Below are positions 1-8,828 of a stretch of 64,000 nt of DNA, piece by piece; within the stretch, counting starts at the first letter, position 1; every line of letters starts with the position of its first letter. Position numbers and translations under genes: made by a program. The stretch is from Pedobacter sp. (GTDB lineage Bacteria; Desulfobacterota; Desulfuromonadia; Desulfuromonadales; Syntrophotaleaceae). The notes under the pieces are model-generated. The model ran no database searches, had not been told where the DNA came from, and saw only the letters and a list, made by a program, of their open reading frames with translations. The stretch covers positions 512,001-576,000 of the forward strand of contig JBFWJC010000001.1 in the NCBI GenBank assembly GCA_050253415.1, in the 5' to 3' direction.

Positions 1-279
1 GCGGAGGAGCTCGACTACCTCCATAGCAACCCCCATGAGAAAGAGTTGAGGGCCATTTTTGATCTGGCCCGGATCGAATACGGGCGTATCGATTACGGGC
101 TTTGCAACGGCCGCATCCAGGTCTGGGAAATCAATACCAACCCTTCCGTTCTTACCGGAGACAGTCTGCAGATCGATCTCCGCCGTGTCGTCGCCGAGAC
201 CTTCGCCGGTCCGTTTCGCGCTGCACTGCTGGCTCTCGATGAAGCCCCGGACGTCGTTGCAGAAAGGAGTCCTGTATGA
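1..279 (+). CDS. ATP-grasp fold protein, C-terminal part (truncated by window start)
   Basis: Frame is open from base 1. YGRIDY...QVWEINTNP matches the ATP-grasp C-terminal D..ExN motif. Stop overlaps the next start (ATGA). Confidence 0.7.
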   Translation, partial: AEELDYLHSNPHEKELRAIFDLARIEYGRIDYGLCNGRIQVWEINTNPSVLTGDSLQIDLRRVVAETFAGPFRAALLALDEAPDVVAERSPV

Positions 280-758
280 CATGCCACATTCGCAAGATGC
301 TTCCCGGGGATCTGCCCGAGGCAATGGGGTTGCTCGACCGCTGGTCGATGGCCCCGACCCCGGACATCGCCAATGCCGAACGTAGCGGTATCGAAATCGA
401 TCATGCTTTCGTTGCCGTGGATGACCGGGGGCGTCTGGTAGGGGTGGGCAGTTATTTGCTGCACAGCGAGGAGTTGGCAGAGACGGCCAGCCTGGCCGTC
501 TCTCCGGAGGTAAAGGGGCTCGGCATCGGGGCCCGCCTGCAGGTAGCCCGTCTGCAGGAGATGCTGGAGCGGGGCATTCGCCGGGTTCGCACCGAAACCG
601 ACCGTCCGGAGACCATCGACTGGTATCTGCGTAAATTCGGCTATCGCATCGTCGGCAGAAATCCCAAAAAACACGCTTTCAGCCTGCCGGATGTCGATTG
701 CTGGACGGTACTGGAGCTTGATCTGGTTGCGTGGGCGCGTACCCGGGATAAAGGCTGA
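276..758 (+). CDS. GNAT family N-acetyltransferase
   Basis: SLAVSPEVKGLGIGARL (motif A) and WYLRKFGY (motif B). Confidence 0.85.
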   Translation: MTCHIRKMLPGDLPEAMGLLDRWSMAPTPDIANAERSGIEIDHAFVAVDDRGRLVGVGSYLLHSEELAETASLAVSPEVKGLGIGARLQVARLQEMLERGIRRVRTETDRPETIDWYLRKFGYRIVGRNPKKHAFSLPDVDCWTVLELDLVAWARTRDKG

Positions 759-1765
759 TGACTCCGACAACCCCCTTAGAACAGTCGCATAAAAGAAAGG
801 CCTCTCTCTTCAGCCGGCGGCGGGTCCGCAACCTGGTGCTGGTGGTGCCGCGCAGAAAAAGTCTGAGGGGAATGAAGGGCGATTTTGATCGGATTGCCGA
901 ACACGTTCGCGCCACGGCACCCGACCTGCGTGCCTATGTGGTTAATGACCATCGCTCAGCGGCGATGAAGGCAGGCTTGCTGCTGCGCCCAAGCCTCTAT
1001 TTTTCCACCGTTGCCACGCAAAAGATACGGATTCCGCGCGGTTCTCTTTGCACCGGCTCGTTCATGACGAAAAGCGAGGAATACCTCGCCCTGGAAAGGG
1101 AAGACATCCCTGTTCCGCGCTGGCAATTGCTGACCGAACACCATTCGCCGGATCTTGGCCCGCTGGGGGAATATGTCGTGGTCAAACCCGACTGCGGTGG
1201 CCGGGGAGCCGAAGTAAGGATCAGGCGATCTTCACGGGTCCGCTGGAAACCGCCGATTAACGAACGGGCACAGGCGGAGAATCGCTTTGGCCTTATCGCT
1301 CAGCAGTTCGTCTATACCGGCAAATGGCCGGTCAGTTACCGGGTGACAACTCTGTTCGGCAAGGTGCTCTTTGCCTTTCGGATCGAAGCGGATCGAAGCC
1401 GCCGACCATTGCCCGGGCCGGACCGTTTTGCCGGGGGAAACGACGGCGGCGGGCTCACTATCTGTTCCAGTGGCCGAGGTTGCCATGTTGAGATGTGTCA
1501 CGACAGTGAGATCATCGCCTTCGGCGAGCAGGCCCATCGGGCTTTCCCTAAGCATCCTCTTCTGGGGATAGATGTCGTGCGGGAAGAAACGACCGGGAAG
1601 CTCTATGTCATCGAGGTCAATTCCTGTGGTCAGGTGTGGCATTTCAGTTCCGAACTGGGACGCGGCATACAACAGGACTTTAATCTCGACTTCGAATCCC
1701 AATTCGACGGCATACGCAAGGCGGCCGATATCCTTATCGAACAGACCAGATTGCTTGCCCGTTAA
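758..1765 (+). CDS. ATP-grasp domain protein (RimK-like ligase fold)
   Basis: IPVPRW, VVVKPDCGGRG, IAQQFV and LGIDVV...LYVIEVN motifs. TGATG overlap with the GNAT gene. Confidence 0.8.
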   Translation: MTPTTPLEQSHKRKASLFSRRRVRNLVLVVPRRKSLRGMKGDFDRIAEHVRATAPDLRAYVVNDHRSAAMKAGLLLRPSLYFSTVATQKIRIPRGSLCTGSFMTKSEEYLALEREDIPVPRWQLLTEHHSPDLGPLGEYVVVKPDCGGRGAEVRIRRSSRVRWKPPINERAQAENRFGLIAQQFVYTGKWPVSYRVTTLFGKVLFAFRIEADRSRRPLPGPDRFAGGNDGGGLTICSSGRGCHVEMCHDSEIIAFGEQAHRAFPKHPLLGIDVVREETTGKLYVIEVNSCGQVWHFSSELGRGIQQDFNLDFESQFDGIRKAADILIEQTRLLAR

Positions 1766-1821
1766 CCGTAACCGAACGACTCTGCACAGCATTATACTTC
1801 TTTGCTGTACGAGGTTTCTTT

Positions 1822-2691
1822 ATGTCCACCGACAGCCGTAGCCAATCTTCAGGCTTTATTTTCAACCTCTGCCCAACCGGCATGATGCTTTCCCGCGCGC
1901 AATCGCCGCACGTGCCGCTCACCACGGCGGAGATCGTCGCGGATGTCGACCGCTGCGTGGCCCACGGCGCCAATCTGATTCACCTTCATGCCCGCGACGG
2001 GCAGGGTCATCCTCACTATTCCAGGGATATCTACGCCCGTATCATCGGCGGCATCCGCGATCTGCATCCCGATCTGACCCTGTGCGTATCCCTCAGCGGT
2101 CGCTGCCATCCGGAATTCGATCTGCGCACCGATCCTTTGATGTTGACCGGGGATCTGCGTCCGGATATGGGAAGTCTCACCCTCAGTTCCCTTAATTTCA
2201 ATGGTCAGGTGAGTGTCAACGCACCGGATGATATCCGCCGCATGGCGGAGTTGATGGCTGAAAAGGGGATCAAACCAGAGCTGGAGATATTCGATCTCGG
2301 CATGCTTAATTATGCCAAGTACCTTATCGACAAGGGTGTCTTTCAGCCGCCTTATTATTTCAACTTTTTGCTGGGGAACATTGCCGGTGCCCAGGCAACC
2401 CCCGCACATCTGACCGCCCTGCTCAGCGAATTGCCGCCGGACGCGATCTGTTGCGTTGCCGGGATCGGCCAGCAGCAAACGCAGGCCAATATGCTCGGTC
2501 TGTTATTTTGTGATGGCGCCCGCGTCGGTCTGGAGGATAATCCCTGGTACGACAGCAATCGGCAAACAATGGCCAGAAACGTCGATCTGGTTAAACGGGT
2601 GCGAACGGCAGCCGATCTGCTCGAACTTGTTCCTGCCACGCCGGCAGTGGTCCGTGAAAGACTCGGCATCGTCCCGCTTGCATCCTGCTAG
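1822..2691 (+). CDS. 3-keto-5-aminohexanoate cleavage enzyme family (BKACE/DUF849)
   Basis: PHVPLTTAEI, HLHARD, KPELEIFD and RVGLEDN motifs. Confidence 0.9.
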   Translation: MSTDSRSQSSGFIFNLCPTGMMLSRAQSPHVPLTTAEIVADVDRCVAHGANLIHLHARDGQGHPHYSRDIYARIIGGIRDLHPDLTLCVSLSGRCHPEFDLRTDPLMLTGDLRPDMGSLTLSSLNFNGQVSVNAPDDIRRMAELMAEKGIKPELEIFDLGMLNYAKYLIDKGVFQPPYYFNFLLGNIAGAQATPAHLTALLSELPPDAICCVAGIGQQQTQANMLGLLFCDGARVGLEDNPWYDSNRQTMARNVDLVKRVRTAADLLELVPATPAVVRERLGIVPLASC

Positions 2692-2909
2692 GGCCTCTAT
2701 CTCATCATGAATCTCGTCCCGTTCAACCCAGCTCCGGGGCAGACCCGGGAAGTCTGCTCAAAATTCGAGATGCTCCCCTGTTTTCTTTTTGAACCAATTG
2801 ATTGAAAACGACATATTCCGGGGAAAGTCCCTCATTTCAATCAAAAAAAGGACCACCTGAAGATAGCGTGCCCTCAAGCGGTCCTCAGCGTATCGAAGCT
2901 TTGTCGGCG

Positions 2910-4553
2910 TCACTTCCTGTTCAGGAAAGCTTTAGCCTGTTGCAAATGAGGCAGTTCGCAATCTGTTGCGGCGACCTCGACGAGCTTTTTATAAAAGTGA
3001 GTCGTCAATTCTTGGTCGCCGGCTAGCTGGGCAGATCGTCCTGCTCCGTAGAGGCTGTTGAAACGATTGGGGCTACGGTCCAGCGCGGCCCGGTAGTTTG
3101 CCAGGGCATCCTCATAGCGACCCATTTCGAAATACATGTCGGCCAGCAATTCGTGGGCTGGTAGGACTTCTCCCGGGGTAACGGGATGTTTCTCCGTGGC
3201 GGCTTCCATTGCGGCGGCCTGGATCATATTCTGAAGCGCCTCATCCTTGTTACCTTCCAGATAGGTCAACCAGGCCTTGACCGAACGGCGTTGAATTTCG
3301 ATCTGCATGGCCCAGTATGCAGAGGTTTTGGCGGTCTGGCCTTCGAGTTCTACGAGCTTGTCGATGGCTGTATGGGCTGCTGCTTTGTCGCCGCTGCGGG
3401 CGGCACCTATGCCGTTGGCGAAGTAGGTGATCGCCTCCATGGCCGGGTTGATTTTCCAGGGATAATTATCGGGAGTCTGCGCTTTGAGGGTTGCGGCTGT
3501 GGCCCATTGCTGCCGTTCAAGTGCAAGTCGGGCGGGTATCGCGGCGAAGGTGTATGCGGACGCTACATGGGGCTGGTAGGGGCCCTTGAGCGCATTCAGT
3601 TCATCAAGCACCTGTTTCGCCTTGGCATCTTCACCGCGTTGCAGGTGGGCGTAGGCCAGGTAGTCGAGAGCATGCAGGTAGTGCAGGGATATCTTACCGT
3701 CCGCCGGATGCTTGAGCGCAGCATCCGCCGAGCGACGGTTCATGTCGATCGATTCCGGCCACAGCCCGAGCCGGGTAAAAATATGGGCCGGCATATGCAG
3801 CGCGTGGGGGACTTCCGATGCGATCTTCCCATAGCTGCGCGCTACCTCCAGGGCTTCGGAGGCCAGTGGCGGGTAGTCCAGGGCATGGATGGTGTAGTGG
3901 TGGGCACCGGGATGATCGGGGACGCGTTTGAGAACCTGTTTGGTTATTTCTGCACTGCGTTTCTGTGTGAGGTAGTTCTTGTCGGCCGGATTGGCGGTGG
4001 CCAGGTTGGCAAGTGCATAGAAGCTGGCGGCTTCCATGTCATCCGGATACTGCTCGTATACTTTACGCCATGCCTTGGCGAACGCATCCAGGTTCACCGT
4101 TTCGGTGGGATTGAGGCCTTGCTCATAGTAGGCCTGCACGGCTTCGGCGTAGGCCCGCTCATGCGCATTGCGGGCCAGGCTTTTTGCTTTGGCCGCCAAC
4201 ACCTTACCGCTCTCGAAATTTTCTTTGGTCGGGGGATCGGACCACAGCGGATGGAGGTAGGTCATAGCCTGTCCCCAGTAGCCCATGGCACTGTCCGCAT
4301 CGATATGGGTGGCGGCAACAAAGGCGTTGCGAGCTCCCACATAGGTCATGTGATGCAGAAGAGCGAGTCCGCGCTGTGCGGGTTCTTTTGCTTCTTCATT
4401 GCTGGAGAACGGCAAGGTAACGGTACCTAACTGCTCGCCATAGAAGGAGGCTGGTTCCGACGGAGCCACGTCCGAATTGTCGCCGTGGGCAAATGCCATC
4501 CCGGAAAATAGCCAAACGGGGATCAAAAATCCCCAGACGAGGGTGGTTTTCAT
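2910..4553 (-). CDS. Exported TPR-repeat protein
   Basis: Signal peptide (AFA-H), HPGAHHYTIH and HALHMPAHIF motifs, C-terminal TPRs, GGAG RBS. Confidence 0.8.
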   Translation of the reverse strand: MKTTLVWGFLIPVWLFSGMAFAHGDNSDVAPSEPASFYGEQLGTVTLPFSSNEEAKEPAQRGLALLHHMTYVGARNAFVAATHIDADSAMGYWGQAMTYLHPLWSDPPTKENFESGKVLAAKAKSLARNAHERAYAEAVQAYYEQGLNPTETVNLDAFAKAWRKVYEQYPDDMEAASFYALANLATANPADKNYLTQKRSAEITKQVLKRVPDHPGAHHYTIHALDYPPLASEALEVARSYGKIASEVPHALHMPAHIFTRLGLWPESIDMNRRSADAALKHPADGKISLHYLHALDYLAYAHLQRGEDAKAKQVLDELNALKGPYQPHVASAYTFAAIPARLALERQQWATAATLKAQTPDNYPWKINPAMEAITYFANGIGAARSGDKAAAHTAIDKLVELEGQTAKTSAYWAMQIEIQRRSVKAWLTYLEGNKDEALQNMIQAAAMEAATEKHPVTPGEVLPAHELLADMYFEMGRYEDALANYRAALDRSPNRFNSLYGAGRSAQLAGDQELTTHFYKKLVEVAATDCELPHLQQAKAFLNRK

Positions 4554-4582
4554 GGTGAATCTCCTTAATCCTATTGCAAAAC

Positions 4583-4628
4583 AATAAAAAACCGCCTGTC
4601 GGTATCATGCCGACAAAGCGGTTTTTAT
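4583..4628. terminator. Inverted repeat / bidirectional intrinsic terminator
   Basis: aataaaaaaccgc-ctgtcgg...ccgaca-aagcggtttttatt, with A and T runs on either side. Confidence 0.6.
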
Positions 4629-4939
4629 TGCTTCGTGTCCAGAGAATTTGCTCGCAGGTCAGGTCCATCTCTTGATCCTTTCCGGATTCTGAAAGCCTGC
4701 AAAGGTATGTTGTTAATATAACACTCCTGCCGCTGCGACCACAATCCCGGCAACGGGAGGGTCATGGCATCCAGTACCAATTTTTTCATGATTTTCCCCC
4801 ATCAATTTTTATGCGAGAAGAGTGGTTGGATGGCTGACCGGATCGAAATACGCTATAATTTATGGAACGCGTAAGTCTTGATAAAATAACAAGAAATATT
4901 TCTTATTGTGCGACTTATAAAGAAACGGAGGTAAGCGAG

Positions 4940-6343
4940 ATGGTACAATGGCGACCTGATCAATCGTTTTATCCCTCCCCCAAGATGGCCATGCAGGCTC
5001 CTCCGGAAAGACATGGCTACGTGGCAACCCTTAACTACGGCCCTGTGAAACGCCCCGACGCTCTCGCCGTGGTCGACCTCGATCCCGAATCCCCCACCTA
5101 CAGCCGGATTCTGCATAACCTCGAACTGCCTCATCTGCGGGATGAACTCCACCACTACGGTTGGAACGCCTGCAGTTCGGCTCTCTGTCCCTACGCCCCC
5201 CATCCCCATCTGGAGCGGCGTTACCTGGTGGTGCCGGGCATGCGCAGTTCGCGCATCTACATCATGGATATCCGCCCCGATCCGGCCCGGCCGCGGATCA
5301 TCAAAACCATCGAGCCGGAAGAGATCTTTGCCAAGACCGGCTACAGCCGGCCCCATACCGTGCACTGCGGTCCCGATGCCATCTACATCAGCGCCCTTGG
5401 TTCGGGAGCGGACGGTAACGGCCCCGGCGGTATCTTCATGCTGGATCACTTCAATTTCAATGTCATTGGTCCATGGGAATTGCACCGCGGCGACCAGCAG
5501 TTGGCCTACGATTTCTGGTGGCATCTTGCCGACGATGTCATGATGACCAGCGAATGGGCCAAACCGGCGCAGTTTGAAAACGGCCTGGTGCCCGATCATC
5601 TGCTGAGTAACCGCTACGGACACCGGCTGCATTTCTGGGATCTGCGCAAACGCAAAAACATCCAGACCGTCGATTTTGGCGCCGAGCATCAGATGGTGCT
5701 GGAGCTCAGGCCGGCCCACGATCCGGCCAAGACCTACGGTTTCGTCTGCGTGGTGGTCAGTACCGCCGATCTGTCCGCCTCGATCTGGACCTGGTACAAA
5801 ACGGATGACGGAAGCTGGGATGCCAGGAAGGTGATTACCATCCCCGCCGTGCCGGCCGATGAACAGGATCTGCCCCCTGCGTTGAAGCCCTTCAAGGCGG
5901 TGCCGCCGTTGATTACCGATATAGACCTTTCCCTGGACGACAAGTACCTTTACGTCTCCTGCTGGGGTACCGGTGAATTGCATCAATACGACGTCAGCGA
6001 TCCCTTCGCACCAAAACTGGCGGGCAAGGTCGAAATCGGCGGTATTGTCAACAGAAAGGGGCATCCGAAATACAACGGACCGATTACCGGCGGTCCGCAA
6101 ATGGTGGAGCTGAGCCGCGACGGTCGTCGGGTCTATTTCACCAACTCTCTCTATAGCACCTGGGACGACCAGTTCTATCCCGATCCCAAGATTCGTGGAT
6201 GGATGGTAAAAGTCAACGCGGACCCGGCCGGTGGCATCGCCATCGACCCGGAATTTTTCGTCGATTTCGGCGATATGCGGTCCCATCAGATACGGCTCGA
6301 GGGCGGCGATGCTTCCACTGATACCTTCTGTTATCCTTCCTGA
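4940..6343 (+). CDS. Selenium-binding protein SBP56 / SELENBP1-like (methanethiol oxidase family)
   Basis: FYPSP, DELHHYGWNACSS, SRPHTVHC, GGPQMVELSRDGRR, WDDQFYP and RLEGGDAS motifs. ATG at 4940 follows a GGAGG RBS. Confidence 0.92.
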   Translation: MVQWRPDQSFYPSPKMAMQAPPERHGYVATLNYGPVKRPDALAVVDLDPESPTYSRILHNLELPHLRDELHHYGWNACSSALCPYAPHPHLERRYLVVPGMRSSRIYIMDIRPDPARPRIIKTIEPEEIFAKTGYSRPHTVHCGPDAIYISALGSGADGNGPGGIFMLDHFNFNVIGPWELHRGDQQLAYDFWWHLADDVMMTSEWAKPAQFENGLVPDHLLSNRYGHRLHFWDLRKRKNIQTVDFGAEHQMVLELRPAHDPAKTYGFVCVVVSTADLSASIWTWYKTDDGSWDARKVITIPAVPADEQDLPPALKPFKAVPPLITDIDLSLDDKYLYVSCWGTGELHQYDVSDPFAPKLAGKVEIGGIVNRKGHPKYNGPITGGPQMVELSRDGRRVYFTNSLYSTWDDQFYPDPKIRGWMVKVNADPAGGIAIDPEFFVDFGDMRSHQIRLEGGDASTDTFCYPS

Positions 6344-6971
6344 GAACCTGTGGCCGTGGTTGACGGTCATCGGTTTCGGGGCATTTCATGGCATCAATCC
6401 CGGAATGGGTTGGCTGTTCGCTTTGTCGCTGGGGCTCCAGCGGCAAAGCGTCCGGGCTATCTGGCTGGCTTTGCTGCCTATCGCCGCCGGGCATGCCCTG
6501 TCGGTAGGGACGGTAGCCATGCTGGTATATGCCGGGATGCGCTTTATCTCGCTGCCGGTCCTGCAACTCGCTACCGCCGGGTTGTTGCTGGGTTTTGGCG
6601 TCTATAAACTGTTCAACTATTACCGGCATCCGCGTTGGGTCGGCATGAAGGTCGGACTGTACGACCTGTTCCTGTGGTCATTTCTGATGGCCACCGCCCA
6701 TGGTGCCGGCCTGATGGTCGCCCCGGCTTTTATGGGGGTGACGCAGGCCCACGGCAGCCATCATGCCCTGCACCTTTCAGCCGGGGCCGGACTTTTTATC
6801 GCCGTTCTGGCACATACCTTCGCCATGCTGCTGCTGATGGGACTGGTAGCCTGGATCGTCTACAGCAAGTTTTCCCTGGCCATCCTGCGCCGCAACTGGG
6901 TCAATTTTGACTTGATGTGGGCTGCGGCGTTGCTGGTCGTCGGAGGGGTTGCCCTGGGTGCAGCTCTGTAG
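6309..6971 (+). CDS. Multi-pass membrane protein coupled to SBP56
   Basis: About 6 hydrophobic segments; GAFHGINPGMGWLFA and FLMATAHGAGLM motifs. Overlaps the SBP56 3' end. Start uncertain. Confidence 0.75.
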   Translation: MLPLIPSVILPENLWPWLTVIGFGAFHGINPGMGWLFALSLGLQRQSVRAIWLALLPIAAGHALSVGTVAMLVYAGMRFISLPVLQLATAGLLLGFGVYKLFNYYRHPRWVGMKVGLYDLFLWSFLMATAHGAGLMVAPAFMGVTQAHGSHHALHLSAGAGLFIAVLAHTFAMLLLMGLVAWIVYSKFSLAILRRNWVNFDLMWAAALLVVGGVALGAAL

Positions 6972-7330
6972 GTCGAGAGATCAGCCACCCCATGAATCCA
7001 CCGGGGCCTGACAAGTAGGCTATCCATACCTTTCAAGGAATGCTGAATATACCCCCTGCTGCTCTGATCTGATAACCGCAACTGCGGATCCCGCCCAGGC
7101 CTACCTGAATCTCGTCGACATAAACCCTGCTGAATAACTCCTGCCCTGGCGGCAACTACGGAATGATGACGTTGCCCCCTAGATGTCGAAGTGTCAGGGC
7201 CTGCAGGGCTAAGACCTGGGCCAATCTGGAAGGTTTTTCGTTGACCGGCCAGCTGGAGGGGTGGTAAGTTCTGTTGATTCAAATATCGCAATATCTATAT
7301 AAACCAATAAACTTGTGGAGTAACCGACTT

Positions 7331-8206
7331 ATGCGAAAGATCTTTGCCGGCTTAACCTATTGTTTTTTGTTCAGTGTGCTTGCGGTCACTGCGGTGCATG
7401 CCGAAGACAGTTATTTTCCCTATGTACTGGCATCCCAGGACGCCGCTCAGGTCGCTGACAAAGTAGACGGTGTGAAGCAAGCCTTGAGTGCCGTCGGTTT
7501 GGAGATTGCCGGTGAATATTCCCCCTATGCTGGCGCGCACGTTGTTGTTGTCACCAACGCCGATCTGAAAAAGGTTGCCGCCGCTTCCGATTTCGGCGGT
7601 TACGGAGCGGGTGTTCGGGTCGCTTTGACCCAGGTAAACGACCAGGTGCAAATCGCTTATACCAATCCCCTCTACATGCAGCACATCTATCGCATGAAAG
7701 GTACGTTGTCCGGAGTGGCCGCCGCCTTGCAAAAGGCTCTCGGCAAACAGAAAGACTTCGGGATGGAAAAAGGCATGACCGCCAAGGAGCTGAATAAATA
7801 TCACTATATGTTAGGCATGCCGTATTTCGATGACCATATCGAGCTGGCCGCTTACGCCGATCGTCAAAGTGCTCTCACCCAGGTGGAAAAGGGCCTCGCC
7901 GCCAGCAAGGCGGTGAACAAGGTATACCGTATCGATATTCCGGGCAAAAACGAATCCGTGTTCGGTGTGGCGATTGTCGAAGGCGACGGTTCCGACAAGA
8001 CCGTGATGGCGGCCACCGATACCGGCAATTTGCGCCATACCGCGCACTTGCCTTATGAACTGCTGGTCTCCGGCAACAAAGCTTATATCCTGCATGGCAA
8101 ATTCCGCATCGCGCAAAGCTTCCCGGACCTGGGCATGGGGACTTTCATGAAGATCTCCGGCGCTCCGAACGCCATCGAAGATACCATTAAACAAGCCATT
8201 AAATAA
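7331..8206 (+). CDS. Periplasmic protein of unknown function
   Basis: Signal peptide ending VHA-E; gene-like codon usage; followed by a terminator-like hairpin. Confidence 0.75.
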   Translation: MRKIFAGLTYCFLFSVLAVTAVHAEDSYFPYVLASQDAAQVADKVDGVKQALSAVGLEIAGEYSPYAGAHVVVVTNADLKKVAAASDFGGYGAGVRVALTQVNDQVQIAYTNPLYMQHIYRMKGTLSGVAAALQKALGKQKDFGMEKGMTAKELNKYHYMLGMPYFDDHIELAAYADRQSALTQVEKGLAASKAVNKVYRIDIPGKNESVFGVAIVEGDGSDKTVMAATDTGNLRHTAHLPYELLVSGNKAYILHGKFRIAQSFPDLGMGTFMKISGAPNAIEDTIKQAIK

Positions 8207-8230
8207 ATTTGGACGGCTCAGACTGTAGAC

Positions 8231-8259
8231 AAAACCCCGCCCTTGGGCGGGGTTTTTTT
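8231..8259 (+). terminator. Intrinsic terminator
   Basis: aaaaccccgccc-tt-gggcggggttttttt. Confidence 0.75.
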
Positions 8260-8400
8260 GTTTTGGTGATCGGGGGTTAGCGGGGTGGGCAAGCCATTGA
8301 AATGTATCAACGCATAAGTAAAAAAGTCCTTATCTTAGGGTTTGGAACCAGGTTTGTGCAGGCAAAAAAGGAGTTGTGAACTGTCGCGGGCAATCCCATA

Positions 8401-8432
8401 AAAAACACCCTGGCGGAGAGCCCTCCGGGGTG
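8401..8432 (-). repeat. Terminator-like hairpin, near-identical to 16405-16436
   Basis: aaaaacaccctggcggagagccctccggggtg vs aaaaacaccccggaggagatccctccggggtg. Confidence 0.6.
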
Positions 8433-8828
8433 CACTTGATGTGTTGATGTTTTCATTTACTCGGTTGACCCCCCTCCAATCATCAATAGGTTGGAGGGGT
8501 TTCTTTTGTCCGGAAAATTTCAGGTAGTGATCATCCTCGGGCAAGGTGTCTAAGAATGCAGAGATAGTTGGACAAGCCCATTTTCTCTGTTTATTGCGCC
8601 CCAAACAATTCCGCACAACATTTAAGACAGAAAAAGCCGCCAGTATAAAAGTCTGGTCTTTTACATTCTATCGGGTGTATCAAGCTGGCGACCATTCAAC
8701 CATAAACAATCCGCACTGAGGATGCGGCCGTCTATCATTCGGATTTTTTGTGGATAAACCGAGTTTCGCTGTCACTAATTTCTATTGCTTCATCATCACT
8801 AAAAATGCGCCCGCACGACAAGCTTTCG

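Noticed and set aside
3186..6370. Long ORFs 3186-4430 (+) and 4853-6370 (-)
   Set aside because: Antisense shadows of the TPR and SBP56 genes; no motifs. The same applies to other shadow ORFs such as 17996-18928, 23237-24352, 48886-49869 and 58793-59842.
6972..7330. ORF 6860-7291 (-) or a hidden gene in the intergenic gap
   Set aside because: No RBS, recognisable motif or convincing codon bias; possibly decayed sequence.
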